DNA of 64,000 nucleotides from Chrysomallon squamiferum (Eukaryota > Animalia > Mollusca): assembly GCA_012295275.1 (NCBI GenBank), contig CM022665.1, forward strand, positions 28,086,001 to 28,150,000, given 5' to 3'. The notes under the pieces were generated by a model, which had not been told where the DNA came from, did no database searches, and saw only the letters and a program-made list of their open reading frames with translations. Below, in pieces: positions 40,611 through 54,322 of this stretch. Positions within the stretch are counted from its first letter, which is position 1, and the number at the start of each line of letters is the position of its first letter. The position numbers were made by a program, and so were the translations under genes.

Positions 40611-42629
40611 TAATTATAAAGCAAAAATTAAAAACCCAGAATTATACATGTTCAGTAATGCATTACCAACACAGTTAATAGTTTAATTAATTGTTAAATA
40701 TTTAGAAGTTTCTGGTAAATAATAAAATTTAGAACTGTACCATATTCTTGACGTGATGCTCCTATGCCAACACCACACTGCTTGGTGACTTCTTCTACCA
40801 TGTCAATACATGGTCCTTTGTTTTCTCCAAAACCAAGGTAATTGTACGAACCAAAGTTCAATGCATGCATACGTTTTCCAGAAAATCTACAAATTGAAAA
40901 ATTAAAAAACTGCACATGAAACAAATTCATAAAAGACTGAAAAATATGTAGAATATTAGCAAATGTTAAGAGTCTAGGTTTTATGTATCCCTGTTGTGTT
41001 GATGGTGCAACGGATTTATGTACTTAACACAACAGTGCAAATTAATATTTAAAGTTACAAAATAAAATTTAGTAAAGAAATGTTATTTTGGTTTGTTTTG
41101 TTTTTTTCCCAAAATGAATTGAGTAACATTGAAAAACGACTTACTCAAAATGCCACCAATGATCATGTGTCACTCTTTCCAGAATGTCAATTTCAGGCCC
41201 TGCAACACTAGTGATAGGTCGATCCCATGCATCTCGAATTAAACGATACATATTTCGGAGAAAGAAATTACCCCATGAAGAATATAATGGAACAAATCCC
41301 TGGAAACAACAATAATGGATTGCATTAAATGATTGCATATTAAAATTTCAGTTGTTATTTTAAATTAACACTTTAAAAATTACTTTTGCACGTTTGCAAC
41401 CACACACACATGCATATATATTATTAAAATATATTCTAACCCTTAATATTGTTTTTCTACATTATTAAAAAAATATAAAATTATCTGCATAAATTCAGAT
41501 TTACATCAGATTTATTTAGCCAGCTGAGGGAAAGAAACCAGAAAATTGTTTATTTACAATAGGAAAACATATTTAAAAAAAACACCTGGCCCCATACCAA
41601 ACCCCACCCTAAACTGTTATTTCCAGCCCCTACAACCTAACATGCCAGAAAGGAAACAAAATGAAAACCATCTCACTTCTTTTGTTACATACTTAGTGTT
41701 TTGTGTCAACAATATCATGAATATGCATGACTTTTTTATTTAGTGATCAAAATAAACCACACTCCCAGGTACAGTTTCCAGAGGTAAATACTCAAATTCT
41801 CACTAACCTATAACATTACAGCAACTGAAATGATGCGTATCATTCTGTGATATTTTATTTACCTTTATTCCTGGCTCAGTCCCATATATTTTCTTTATTC
41901 CATAGTAATAACAGATGTCTCGAATATGCCCGAAAATAAACAACAAAATGTAGCTGAGGTACGTGTACATGGCAGCTATCAGTGGCGTTTCTTCAAATGA
42001 TTCATGGAAATTTTCTCTCCATTTTGAATCAGAACTCTTTTTTAAATAATAAAAAAAAAAAAAAAAAATTTGTTATATTACCATAACACAATAAATATTA
42101 GATACGTGTTTATAAAGTATGTAACTTACAAAATTAATTTTCACCGATTACATAATTTCCAACAAAAACACATTATTAAGAAATCATTAAAAGCAGCAAC
42201 CAATTATATTTGGAAACAACGATTGTGACATCTTGATGCTATGGGTACTGAGAAAGGCACTTTTGCACTGACTAAATTTGTTATGGCCCCTCAGAAGTTC
42301 AAGTTTATGAAACTATATTTGACAGAAATTCCTGTTACAAACTAGCTGAACTAATGTGAAGATATAAAAATAAAAATAAGAAATAAAATAAAAAAGATAT
42401 GATTAGTTTCCTAAATGATAGACAATTATTTTTTTAAAATTAACTTTTGTATCACATCTAATGCATTTAGAATATTATCAGTTCTGTTTAGAAACCATGC
42501 TTTATCTTGATCTTCTCTGTGAGAAATAAAAAAAACACTTCCAAGTTTACTTTTTCACACACTCACCTGAGCATGTTTTCCATTCAAAACACCATTCTGA
42601 GATTTCTTTGCTGGAGAAGGTTTTACCAT
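32857..42629 (-). CDS. SPTLC2: Serine palmitoyltransferase catalytic subunit (LCB2/SPTLC2/3-like), divergent copy B, ~528 aa, 13 coding exons
   Basis: Exons (5'->3') 42629-42567, 42036-41863, 41299-41145, 40886-40741, 39480-39356, 35941-35848, 35446-35341, 35207-34988, 34777-34651, 34269-34134, 33753-33624, 33378-33283, 32871-32857; all GT-AG, in phase, no stops (1587 nt). Motifs [51 protein letters not shown]. Confidence 0.93.
40556..40606. repeat. (TA)n microsatellite
   Basis: Direct reading. Confidence 0.95.
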
Positions 42630-42892
42630 GCTGACTGATTATATAATATAAAGAGTATTTTCTTCTTTTTCTTTTTTAAACTTGGGTGGTTAGAGCAATG
42701 TTCTGCGTTTCTTGATGTCTATCACACAAACTATATGGTGAGATCACACAAATCCAAAGGAAAATGATTTACTTAATCCAAATGTCTGTTTTCTATGGTT
42801 GTTAGACACAGCTTAAACTAATATTTGATTCTGGATAATCTGGAAACTGAGAGTAGTTCATTTTGCACTATCCATAAGTTCAGTTATATACT
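42630..42892 (-). other. 5' UTR portion of the start-codon exon of SPTLC2 copy B
   Basis: Strong acceptor T(~19)CAG|AG at 42893-42914, upstream of ATG 42629. Confidence 0.55.
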
Positions 42893-44707
42893 CTGAAAAA
42901 AAAAAAAAAAAAAATTAGGGTAACTTACTATGATCAGCAGTACAATATGAAACATATTGATATTTAGAAACTGAACAAAAAAGAAACAAAATGTAGACAC
43001 ACATACAAACATTAATACCTACATGTCCTTGCCCACTTCAATCTTAATGAAACATATTTCTTTTAACATAATCCTTAATAATCAGATTACAATTATAATT
43101 TTTTTTTTTTTTTTTTTTGTCTTTTTATGTAATAAAATAATTTAAAAACAGTTCTGCATTTTAATCAGTGTTAATCTATCTAAACTAATTTTACATTGAA
43201 CTGCACTACTTCAAAGGTACTAAGCCTCTTTTTGCTTTATTAGTTATTTTTCAATTAGACATATCTGATGGCACAAAAACAAATTTAATGGCATCATTCA
43301 CCTGAGCACATAAATATATACATAACCACTGAATAAATTCCTGCCACATACAGGCATCTTTTTATATTTTTTTATTATTATTATTATTATTATTTTGGGA
43401 ATTATTTGCATTTCATGTTAAAAATATAAGAAATAGTGTTTATCTATCACCATCCAGTACTAAATCATATATAAAGAAGAAAACTAGTAATTAAAAAATA
43501 AAAATACAAGATAGTTCAGTATAAACTTCCTTTTATGCTTACAATACAAAATTTAAAATAAAATGAAATGTTTCGTATTTGTTTTTTAAATTACTTTATT
43601 TTTGAAAGGTGTACCCAACTACATTTTTTTAATCATTTACATGTTTCTAATTTTACTGAAAATGTACACCTCAAAATGAAACTAAGTTTTCTGAACTGTT
43701 AAAAAAAAAAATAATAATAATAATAAAAAATAATATATCTGAAATGAATTAAGTTTTAAACAACATGTTTCCTTTTTTTTTGGGGGGCTTTTCTTTTTTT
43801 CTGGAAACTTTTGCAATTTTTGTCTGAAAGCAGAATTTTTATTATTATTATTATTTCTTTCTTTTTTTTTTAGAAGGCACAACAATTTTTATTTATCAGT
43901 CCTCTGGTGTACAAAAAAGTTCAATAATGAAATACGAGCTTACACGCTATTAACTGTTAATTAATTATATTGGAAAAATAAATTGAATTTTGATAATGGA
44001 ACTATGTTAGATTGCTTTACTTTATATATAACCTTATTAGTCTTACTTAGCCAGTAACAAATTATCTACTCCTACAAATTTAGGATATCCTACATGTTAT
44101 TTTAATAAAAATTAAACTATATACATATATATATACACACACATACATATGTGCCTGATGCTTCATTATAAATTATATTTATATATAAACTAAACTGACA
44201 AGATCACAAACAGGAGAAACATGTTACTATTTATAAAATTTGCTCTTATACTTTACAATGAAGACATTTTTTTTTTTTTTTTTAAACAAAAAGAAAACAA
44301 GTACATTTGTGTTTCTTTCCAAAATGAACATAATAAAGTGATTTTTATTTTAATTAACACAACTGCCTAACAACAGAAACAAAACACAATACAAACGAAG
44401 ACTGAAATAAAACATACAATTTAAAATTATTATATAACATATTACTAAACTATATTTAACTTCTTACATCAATCTGCACAGCACATCATGCGACAGCATA
44501 AGTTTTGCCTCTCTTACAGTAAATGAAATCATATGATCAACATTTAATAACCAATAATCAAAAATATGTTAAACAAACACTGATTCCTCCTCTTATGTTT
44601 GAACAGTGACATCTGTCTAACATGCTTTCCTGACTTACACAATAGGTAATGTACAATCTAAGTGTAAAGATTGTTTGCAATAGACATGTCATCTAAATAT
44701 TAATTTG

Positions 44708-44753
<46 letters not shown>

Positions 44754-47460
44754 TGTTATTATCTTTATGAATATTCATTTTTATTGAAAATTTTAATGCA
44801 CCTAAGTCACTATTAATACTACATACATGGAGGCTACTATATATAAATTTATCCATCAGATTCCATTTATAACAATCAGTATGATGAACTACTGGTACTC
44901 AGGATACATTAAGTGATAATTAAAAAAAAACAATTAACAACATAAATGTACATACACATATAATTAGTTTTTCTTCTTGATGTGACATATCCAGCAATAA
45001 ATTTGTAAATGATGGATCTACATTATAATGATATACCATTGGAAATTTATCTGGGTCACAGTGATACTGTGAAATCTACCTTGAAATTGCAAAAGGAAAT
45101 CTTATTCTTTCACTTGAAATGAAATCAGCCAAGTTAAACCCCAACCTTTACAAATTTATACAGCTCTAATATAATCTAAATGACACTTACACGCATATAG
45201 ACATACGCATATGCACTCCCTCTCTTTAACACACATTTCAGTAATTGTTGTCATTTGCCGTGTTAACATTCATGTCACATTTAATTCTTCTATTTTCTTA
45301 CCAACGAAAAAACAAACAATATTTAGCATGATTCAGCAATTCTTCATTTGGCCATAAAATATAATATTCTGCCCCTCACACCTATTTCAAGGCAATTTAT
45401 TCAAAAAAAAAAAGAAAAAGAAAAAAGAATCTGATTAAAAAAAAAATTCTAAAGAAAACTTACATATTTTAATTATTAATGTGCACTTCAACTCCTAAAA
45501 GATGAAAACAATTGAGAAATCACATTTATAATTTTTTTTATTCAAATAGAATGTTACATGTAATAGGTTATCTTAACCTTTTTTACAGTTATTATTTTCT
45601 ACTGTCATATCAATTAATTTTCTTTTATGATGCAATCCAATTGGAGCGGCTAATTCTGATCACATTATGCAAAAAGAAAAATGACAGAGCTATATATGTA
45701 AGCACAGTAGGTACCCAAATAGAATTATTTTAATATTTACTTAAAGACAAAAAAGTGTGATACTGTTTTCTTCTTCTGTTTCACTGACTCATGATTTTCA
45801 TTTCATTTTAATTTGTATACAAATTTAAAAAAATATACATGTAAATTAATGTGAATATGCATGTTTTATTTATGCTCTGCTTGTAGTTTCATAATATACC
45901 TATAATGCATATAAAATATGGCCTAAAATATTTAAAAAAAAAACAATTTGTAAATTATCCGTATGTTTTATTAAAACTGACTCTCAAATGTAAATGAACT
46001 GCTATGCTACCTTATTGTTCGTGGTAGTTATAATACAAAAATCAACATTTTTAAGTGTCTTCTTCTATTAATTGACTATGAATTAGCAAATCTACTTCAT
46101 TCCCATTTTGATTAAACACTGATGTAATTTTTGAGAATTTTTCATAAAACTGCCACTTTAATATTCATTATCACAGTAGATCCTATCACCCAGAAGCTAA
46201 TTCACTACATGTTACTGTCATTTGTGAAAGTAAATAAAACACGTTAAATCTCAGCAACAAGAGGGCGTAAACTTGCTGTATTTTCCATGAAGAATAACAA
46301 CATGACATCTTTACAATAGTCCCAAAAGAAAATACCCTCAATTGCTTGTAAAATATACCTGGAGTGTTTGTGAACATGAAATATCTGTCTGACTAAATTA
46401 ACTATTTGGTATATGCTACCTCAAATGCTATATGTCTTGAACCAATGTTTGTAAGCTTACATATGTATATTAAATTCTATACCAACAAATTAGAGTATTA
46501 TGAAAATACTTTTCAATAAGATACAAACATTTTTATTTTGTATATAGGTAAATATCATCTCAAAAATACTTACTGTGGATGTCATTTGGTTTAATGATTA
46601 TTACATGACACTAATCATAGACTATTAATTACTAAATACATTTTCAAATAACTTGCAAGAAATGTTGCAGTAATAACTAATCCATGATCAATATCTGGCT
46701 CCTGACCCCTAAGAATATCCATTTTCTGTACATACATTAGGAGATTATGATTGAAAACCATCTTATAACAAATCCAACTTCTTAAAGTCAACTGAACTAA
46801 AATAAGTTTTAAATATAAAACCTAAATTATACACAGATTTTAATTTCAAATCATATGTCCATTTTCTTCTTTTTTCCCAAGAAATGCTGACTTAACTGAT
46901 AATACTTCTGTTACTGACAAAGATTTAAAAGAAATAAATACATAATAGTAACATATGACTAATGTTAAAAGCCCAGAGAAAATAAATAGGCATTCCAAAT
47001 GCCTAGATCTAACATATTTTAAAAATAAAATATTTCTGAATTAATAATGATATAAATATAAGAATTTTAAATACTAAATAATACAGGATGACAAAAGTAT
47101 TTTCACAACGACCTCAAAGTTTGACAGTACTTCTTTTTTTTTTTTTCTTTTTTTACGGACGAAATTAACAAATTTACAGTAATAAATATTTTCATTTCTG
47201 GCTTAACATCCTTACTGAAAAATACTAACCATATAAAATTTCACTTGATTAGAAGTCAACAAGTATGAATAGCAGTGCCACCAAACATTTCAAGTTGCAA
47301 TTTTTTCTATTATTTTCATTGGTACCCACGCAACATGTCACCATCTATCCGGAACTAACGACTATCCGGAAACAGGCACTTGGCTCTATTTTTTTTCTCA
47401 AAAATTTCGTCTTTGGGACAAAATTCATGTAAATAAATCAATATATAATATTAAATTTAC

Positions 47461-47630
47461 CTCACTACTTGAAAAAATCACAATAATTTGTTCCATGTGT
47501 ATGTCTAATAACAACAGTTAGTACAGAGAGTAAGAGACCAAACGATTACACTACTGCAAATCATCTGACGGCCGCTGCCATGTTCTGTTCCGGTTGTCCA
47601 TCCTTTTTGCTTAGCGCACCGTCACTGAAA
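47461..47630 (-). promoter_or_regulatory. Probable promoter and non-coding first exon of SPTLC2 copy B
   Basis: CpG-rich patch with YY1-like AACATGGCAGCGGCC (47570-47584) and ETS-like CCGGAA (47588-47593), donor GAG|GTAAAT at 47461/47460, and two further CTATCCGGAA copies at 47345-47371. Confidence 0.5.
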
Positions 47631-48001
47631 GTGTAACTAGCAATTAATCACCAGCTTCGTATTATATATACCGATACGTATTAGATCCTTAAATTTATTT
47701 TCGTTGAAAATTGTGGTGGTGATTACTATTATTATTTTATTTTATTTTATATAACTTAAGATTACATAAATAAAAATATTACTGATACATTGCAACTTAA
47801 TTTGTCACTACCTGTGTAATTTTATCCATAAAAAAAATCTCCATTAGGCCTGTACGTTTAATTTGTTGGTGATTGTTCTGAATAATAAATATATTATCTA
47901 AAAATCATTTTTATTTGTGCAAATATCAAAGATTTTTAAAATTCTTTATTATAATTTTTTTAAAATGTTTTTTACTTTTGATCGATCCTGTATTTCATAC
48001 C

Positions 48002-48120
48002 TTTCCGTAAAATGCGAGAAATGATACGCGATGTGGTAGAGTAATTATGACCGAATTATTTCTGTGAAATATGAGAAATGATACGCGTTGTGGTAGTGAG
48101 TTATGACCGAATTATTTCCG
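48002..48120. repeat. Two-copy ~57-bp CpG-containing tandem duplication
   Basis: GAGAAATGATACGCG(A/T)TGTGGTAG..TTATGACCGAATTATTTC begins at 48016 and at 48073. Confidence 0.9.
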
Positions 48121-51100
48121 TTCCAATACTTTAAATGCCTGGGTACATGCTTATCTCCTGTAAAATCGTTGCATTAATAAGTATATTTGCGCAAGTGAGT
48201 TCGCAATAGCAACTTAACTGAAACATAAGAGAGAGATACAAACATGCAAGAGCCTTATTAATCCATAGTGTGTGTGTTAATTTTGAACAGTCTCTGTATT
48301 ATTTTTAAAAGCTACTTTTTATGTGTACTTTAATATTTTGACTATTATTACACATTTCATTAAATATACCAGTCATAAAATAAATGTAAACATTTCAGCT
48401 AAAGGTGTATTCATTATGGTGTTAATATTAGTTCATACATAAATGAATCATTTTATGTTCTTCTCAAATATCATTTTTATGTCATATTTTGTAGCTTAGA
48501 AAAAAACGAAAAAAAAACTCACTAAAGGTTGTCTTATAAATTTAATATTAAACATAAAAGTAATAAATAAATAAATATAAGCCAACAAAAATTGTTTATT
48601 TATGCACACATACACACACAATTATATTGACAAACAAGAAAAACAAAAAATTTTGATTATAATTACTATATTAATGTTTCAAGTTTAATTATTAAATTAT
48701 TTTATCTAATCAAATATTCACTTTTCTGTTTGTGACGGTGATAGTGAAAAAAACAAGTTATATTTACTGAAATAATGGAACTGTTATAGTTATCTAAAAG
48801 GAAAAGTATCTAAAAGCAGAGGCAGGCATTAAACAAATCAAAATAAGGGTGACGTGCTTATATAAAAAAAATATACAATGATTATTAGATTTTTATTAGA
48901 CTTCAAGGGTACAAATTTCCTATCAGTAACTCAAAATTATGTTCAGTGTTTAAATTTTGAATATTTTATGAAATATTAGTCAATGCAACATGTGCAAGGT
49001 CGTCTTCTCATATAAAAGAAATTAACACAATTTGTTTTTAATAATAATAAAAAAAAGAAAAAATGAAAAGTTTCTCAGATAGGTATAACAGAGAAAATAA
49101 AATTACTGGTACATATTTAAAAAACAATTAATTACAGGTTTCAATTTAGTCATGTCACAGATGGCTCTCCTTCTGGAATTGTTTTGCACCAAATACACCT
49201 AACCTGAATATTTAACATCTGTTTTTCAGCATCGTTTTCCTCATAGCAAATAAAGTGTATAAGCCTCAGTTTGTAAGGTAATATTATTCAACATGCACGC
49301 AAGAATGCACAACCAAACATCCTGGCCAAAATGGCTCCCTCAAAAAACAACAAAATGGCATATATATCAGTTATATTCTTTTATTACATTCTAATAAATC
49401 ACACTAAAATGACATTAAAACAAAATGGGTATGGCTTACAATAAACAGGTTTTTCAACTAAACATGAAGCATGAGGTTTTAATTTAAAAATTAAAATATT
49501 CTTATCAGTATAGCTGATAACTGAAGTCTGGTACTGTTTATTATGCATAGTTGGTATTTCAGAAATTTTTAACATTTCATATACACTGCATTGCAGTGTC
49601 ATGCATATTAATCAAGAAATAAATGTAAAATATAAATCAGTAATCTAACCATTTGCATATTCCACAAAAAGTAAAATGTAATTTTCTTTAAAAAATAGAA
49701 TACACACCAGTAATATGCAAGATTTTATAAGCACACTGGAATTATCAGATATCAGGTTTAATAGGAAGAACAGAGATAGGTTTCTACTTTCCTGAATAGT
49801 TGGCTACTTCAGAAAGGCAAATAAAATCATATGTTCTGAAACGTAAAACAAAATGATGATGGAGATGGTTTAGTTCAGTTTATTGCATCATTATATGTAA
49901 ATTGCCAGTTTAAACATATCTGTTATGTCAAAGGGAATTTATAATATTAAAACTAACTTAGGCAAAGGACCCCCTCTAAAAAACCCAAAACAATGGATGA
50001 TTCTTTTCGAACGTATTTATTATTTTTTTTCTTTTTCTTTTTTTCTTTTAAGAAAAAGGTGGAAGATTAGAAAAAAAGAAAAAAAAAAACAAAAAAAAAA
50101 ACCTCCTCATTCATAAATAATTTGTGTTCATATTAAAAATGTTGTAAATCTACAGACATTACATACATATGTTAGTTAGTGAAAAAATGGAACCAAGTCT
50201 GACCAATATGGTATCAGTTTTTCTTTTTACATATGTAAAAGTCTAAAAAGTGCTATTAATCTGAGCTAATTATATAAAGCTGATCGCTAGGACCATGAAA
50301 ATACAGCACAAAACACACATCAAAATAATAAAACATTAAAAAAGCTAATCCTCTGTTTTACTACTTAACTATATATAGAGTTTTTGTTTTAGAAGTTTTT
50401 TAAAATTCATATTAAAACCCCAAAAAACACAAGCCCCCAAAAATGCCCTTAACAATGAATATTATTTTGCATTAAGTGATAACAAAATTAAACATATGTT
50501 GAAAAACAAAGATCACTTTTTGTTTTGAACTATCTTCATTTAATTAATATTTTTCAGCTAAATTCAATTATCTGAGAATTTGCCTTCTTTTTTTTTCACC
50601 CACTGCTATTCCAATTTTTAATTACTTTTCTTTCCTTTTTTCTTTTTTTAAATATTCCTTTTTCTTTCTTTTTTAAATATTTCTTTAAAATGTTTTTATT
50701 TTTTATATTTAATGAAATATTAAAAAGCAAAACAAAAAACCAAACCAAAAAAAAAAAAAAAAAAAAATGATACATTTAATATGTTTCATATATTAGAACA
50801 AAATGTAATGTCCAGCATATGCATAAGATCCTACAAAAAAGAATAAAAACCATTCTAAGACAATGGTATAATTTTGATTTCTCAATAAAAGAGAACAATA
50901 AAACTTATTCCAAGCATTATTTCATTACCTTTCAACACTCAATTTGATATTAATGATATTATAAAATTAATTTTAGTAAAATTATAAATTATAGCACCTT
51001 TAAACTTCACTTAAAAACATGCAATAATATTACTAATGAGTGGGGGGAAAAGAAAACGAAAAGTTAAATTTCTAAAAAAAAAAGAAAAAAAGGCAAGATT

Positions 51101-52503
51101 TATAACATTAAAAGCCATTACCGAGTAATTTAGCAATCAGAAAGTAAATGTCATTTGATTTATAAAGAATGAAATTGGTTTTTCTTTACACATACTGATG
51201 TGAACAGTTGCATCTTACAAGATAATTTGCCTTGTTTCACCTTGTTGACTTCTGAAACTGAAAGATTAGACATCAGTTGTTTAGATACACCTGACAACAT
51301 TCACATAATCATGTTGTTATTTTGTTTTTTATAATTTTGCAAATGTTTATCAAAAAAAAATTTGGGTAGTGTATGTCATTGTGTAATTAATTACTGCTTT
51401 GTAGGAAAATAGTTTTAGCTTTTTGTTTTTGCTTTGCTTTTAATGTTATTTTATTTTGACATCCATGATTATTTAGAGTTTATTTCATTTCTGTGATCTT
51501 AATTTGAACCTTTAATCAACAGTGAAATTTGATACATCTCTATTTTAAGAATTTGAAATAGAATGACTGATCATTTACCAAATTAATTATATTGTTTTTT
51601 CAATTCTTTTTATGCATTTCATCCTTTACTGATTTAACAAAAATAAATAAATGTAGAAGTAAATAATAAAAACGAGTAAATTTATTAAAAAATCACCATA
51701 TCTTTGTTTGTAACTGAATTATAAACTGAACTAAATGATAAATGTTACTATCAGCATATAAAAATAAATAAAATACAGTTCATTACTTAATGAGCACTTA
51801 ATTGTATTTTAAATACACATGAGAAATAGGCAAAGATATGAACTAAGATTTTTCTATATAAAATATCATTAAAAAAGCATTTTATTAAGGATCTGTTGAT
51901 ACTTATATCCATTACATCACAACCATTAGATACTAAAATACAACAAATTATTGCACAAAATTGCAGATACTTTTTAAAGAGGTAAAAATATTTAAATTAA
52001 TTTAAAAAAAAAAAATTAAAAAAAATTAAAACATTATCCAGGGATATATTGTTTGAATGTAATATTCTAAAATGTAGCATTTTTTATTTATTTTTTAATA
52101 TCTTGGAAAGAGAAAATTACAAAAAAATAAATAAATAAAAAAAGAAGAAGAAAAAAGGAAGAAAAAGGATTTACATTTATAAATATCAATGACAGCAACA
52201 CAAGACTTTTAACTAGATATATCCTCTAACAGTACAAAAGGATCTGAAAAATATACATTTCAAAAAAGTAAAATGCTTCAAAAAAGGTTTAAAAGGTTAA
52301 AAATTATCAGGCCTAGTACTTTAATATGATAGAAAAAAAACGAATAAAAAATCCTGTGAACATCTAGTTCTTTTTACAAATGAAAATAAAGAAAAAGAAA
52401 ATGTTTTCAGAAAAGAATTAAAAAGGAATATTAATCATTTGGTTACAGTATTTGTAATTTCAGTCTAAATTATAAACAGGTTTCACTTGTGACTATCTAA
52501 GTG

Positions 52504-52555
<52 letters not shown>

Positions 52556-54115
52556 AATAAATAAATAAAAAATAAAAAATAAATTGTGAATCCAGCTTAG
52601 TTTTCTATATAAAAACAATCATACTAATTATCAGCATAATATATATATATACACATAAACAGAATCATTATAAATCAGAGCCTGCTAATCATAGATAAAT
52701 ATAGAGAAGTACAAAATAAAATTTTTATAAAAATTTTAAAAGAACCTTTTGAATTTATTTTAATTTCATTTAGTGTATATGGATGGAGAGATGCCGCAGG
52801 ATTTTTATTTACATTTTAAACAAAAATGTTTTAAAAAATCTGTAACCGCTGACAAAAAAAAGAAGCAACAAACAAAAACCCAAAACAAATCCAAACACCT
52901 TTTGACCCAAAGTCTTACAAATAAAATATTCAGTAGTTTCAAACTACTCCTATTTTAAAATATTTTAAATGGTGACACATAACATACTGATATTTATCAT
53001 TAAAAAACCCCAGTACAATCTATATACATGCATGTAACACACTATGTTACATTATGTAATAGTCACATAATATTGTTTGTATGTGTTCAAGTATATGTAT
53101 ATCAACACTATTCATGTTTCTTCTTCTGTTGTTATAGTAAAAATACAAGTAACAGGATTGCTTAAATTACAATACATGTTATTTAATCATTTATAATATG
53201 GTGACCAAGGTAGGAAAGTATTAATTAGTATATAAAAATATTTGTGCTAAGAGGAAAGCAAAAATATAAAAATTTTATTTTGCTCTGAAATGGTTTTTGA
53301 CATTGTAATGGACAAAATAAACAAATGTTTTGATGAAGAATAATAATCATTAATTGAAAAAACATTTGAACACATTAGTTAAAATTCAAATTTTGGTTAA
53401 AATACTGATTAAATAATCAGCCATTCAAAAAAAAAAACCATTATGATTCTATTATGAAAATTCTTCAGCACTTGAACACACAGCAAAGCACATCTATTAG
53501 TGACAGTTCAAAATGAATTTTGATACATTGTTTTTGCATAAGACGCAACTTCTCCTCAGGAGAATGGATTGTTAAAAAGTGGAACATACACAACAAAAAG
53601 CAGCCAGGTAAAATGGCTAAAATAAAATAACTATACCCATGTCCACTACAAACAGCAACAGAGAGACAAAGTTATCACTACCAGGAAAAGAAAACTATAT
53701 ATATATATAAAGTTTCGAAAAATTGATTATTTCACATCTAAAATAAAATTTACAAATATGACTAGCCAAAGCAGATAACAATATTAAACAATACAAGTGG
53801 AAGAGGTAAGAACAATGACTTTAAAAACTGCTGACTGGACTCTAAAAATATTGCTAATACATATTTTATTTGGCTAATCTTTATTATAAATTTTGAGTTT
53901 TCCATTTAATAACTGAAAACATCTAGTTTTGTATATGGATTTGTAATTCTTTAAAAAAGGAGATTTTTATAATAATATTAACATTAAACAGAATAAAAAG
54001 AAATAATGTATAAATAAACAAAAATAATACTAATTAAATAATAAGAATAATGTCAGACTGTTTAGGTTTTGTGAAGTGAACTAATATTGGCAACGTAAAT
54101 ATCATCTTAATTTGG

Positions 54116-54287
54116 TTAAACCAGTCCTTGCTGTTGCATAGTGTGGATCATTCTGAGGGCTTTCTTGGCTGCAGCACTTTTGGCTATTCGGTAGTTGCGT
54201 CCAATTCCACTGAATACACCTTTCCCTAGCACGTTGACGGTCACTCTGATCTTTCCTTCCATTGTCCTCTCTGGTTTCCTAAACAAG

Positions 54288-54322
<35 letters not shown>

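Noticed and set aside
32857-42629. Naming copy B SPTLC3
   Set aside because: SPTLC3 arose from a vertebrate duplication, and shared A/B features point to an independent local duplication; a phylogeny is needed.
51979-53808. Two let-7 6-mer seed matches (UACCUC) in the presumed Dicer 3' UTR
   Set aside because: They are only 6-mers over several kb, which is compatible with chance, and the extent of the UTR is unknown.
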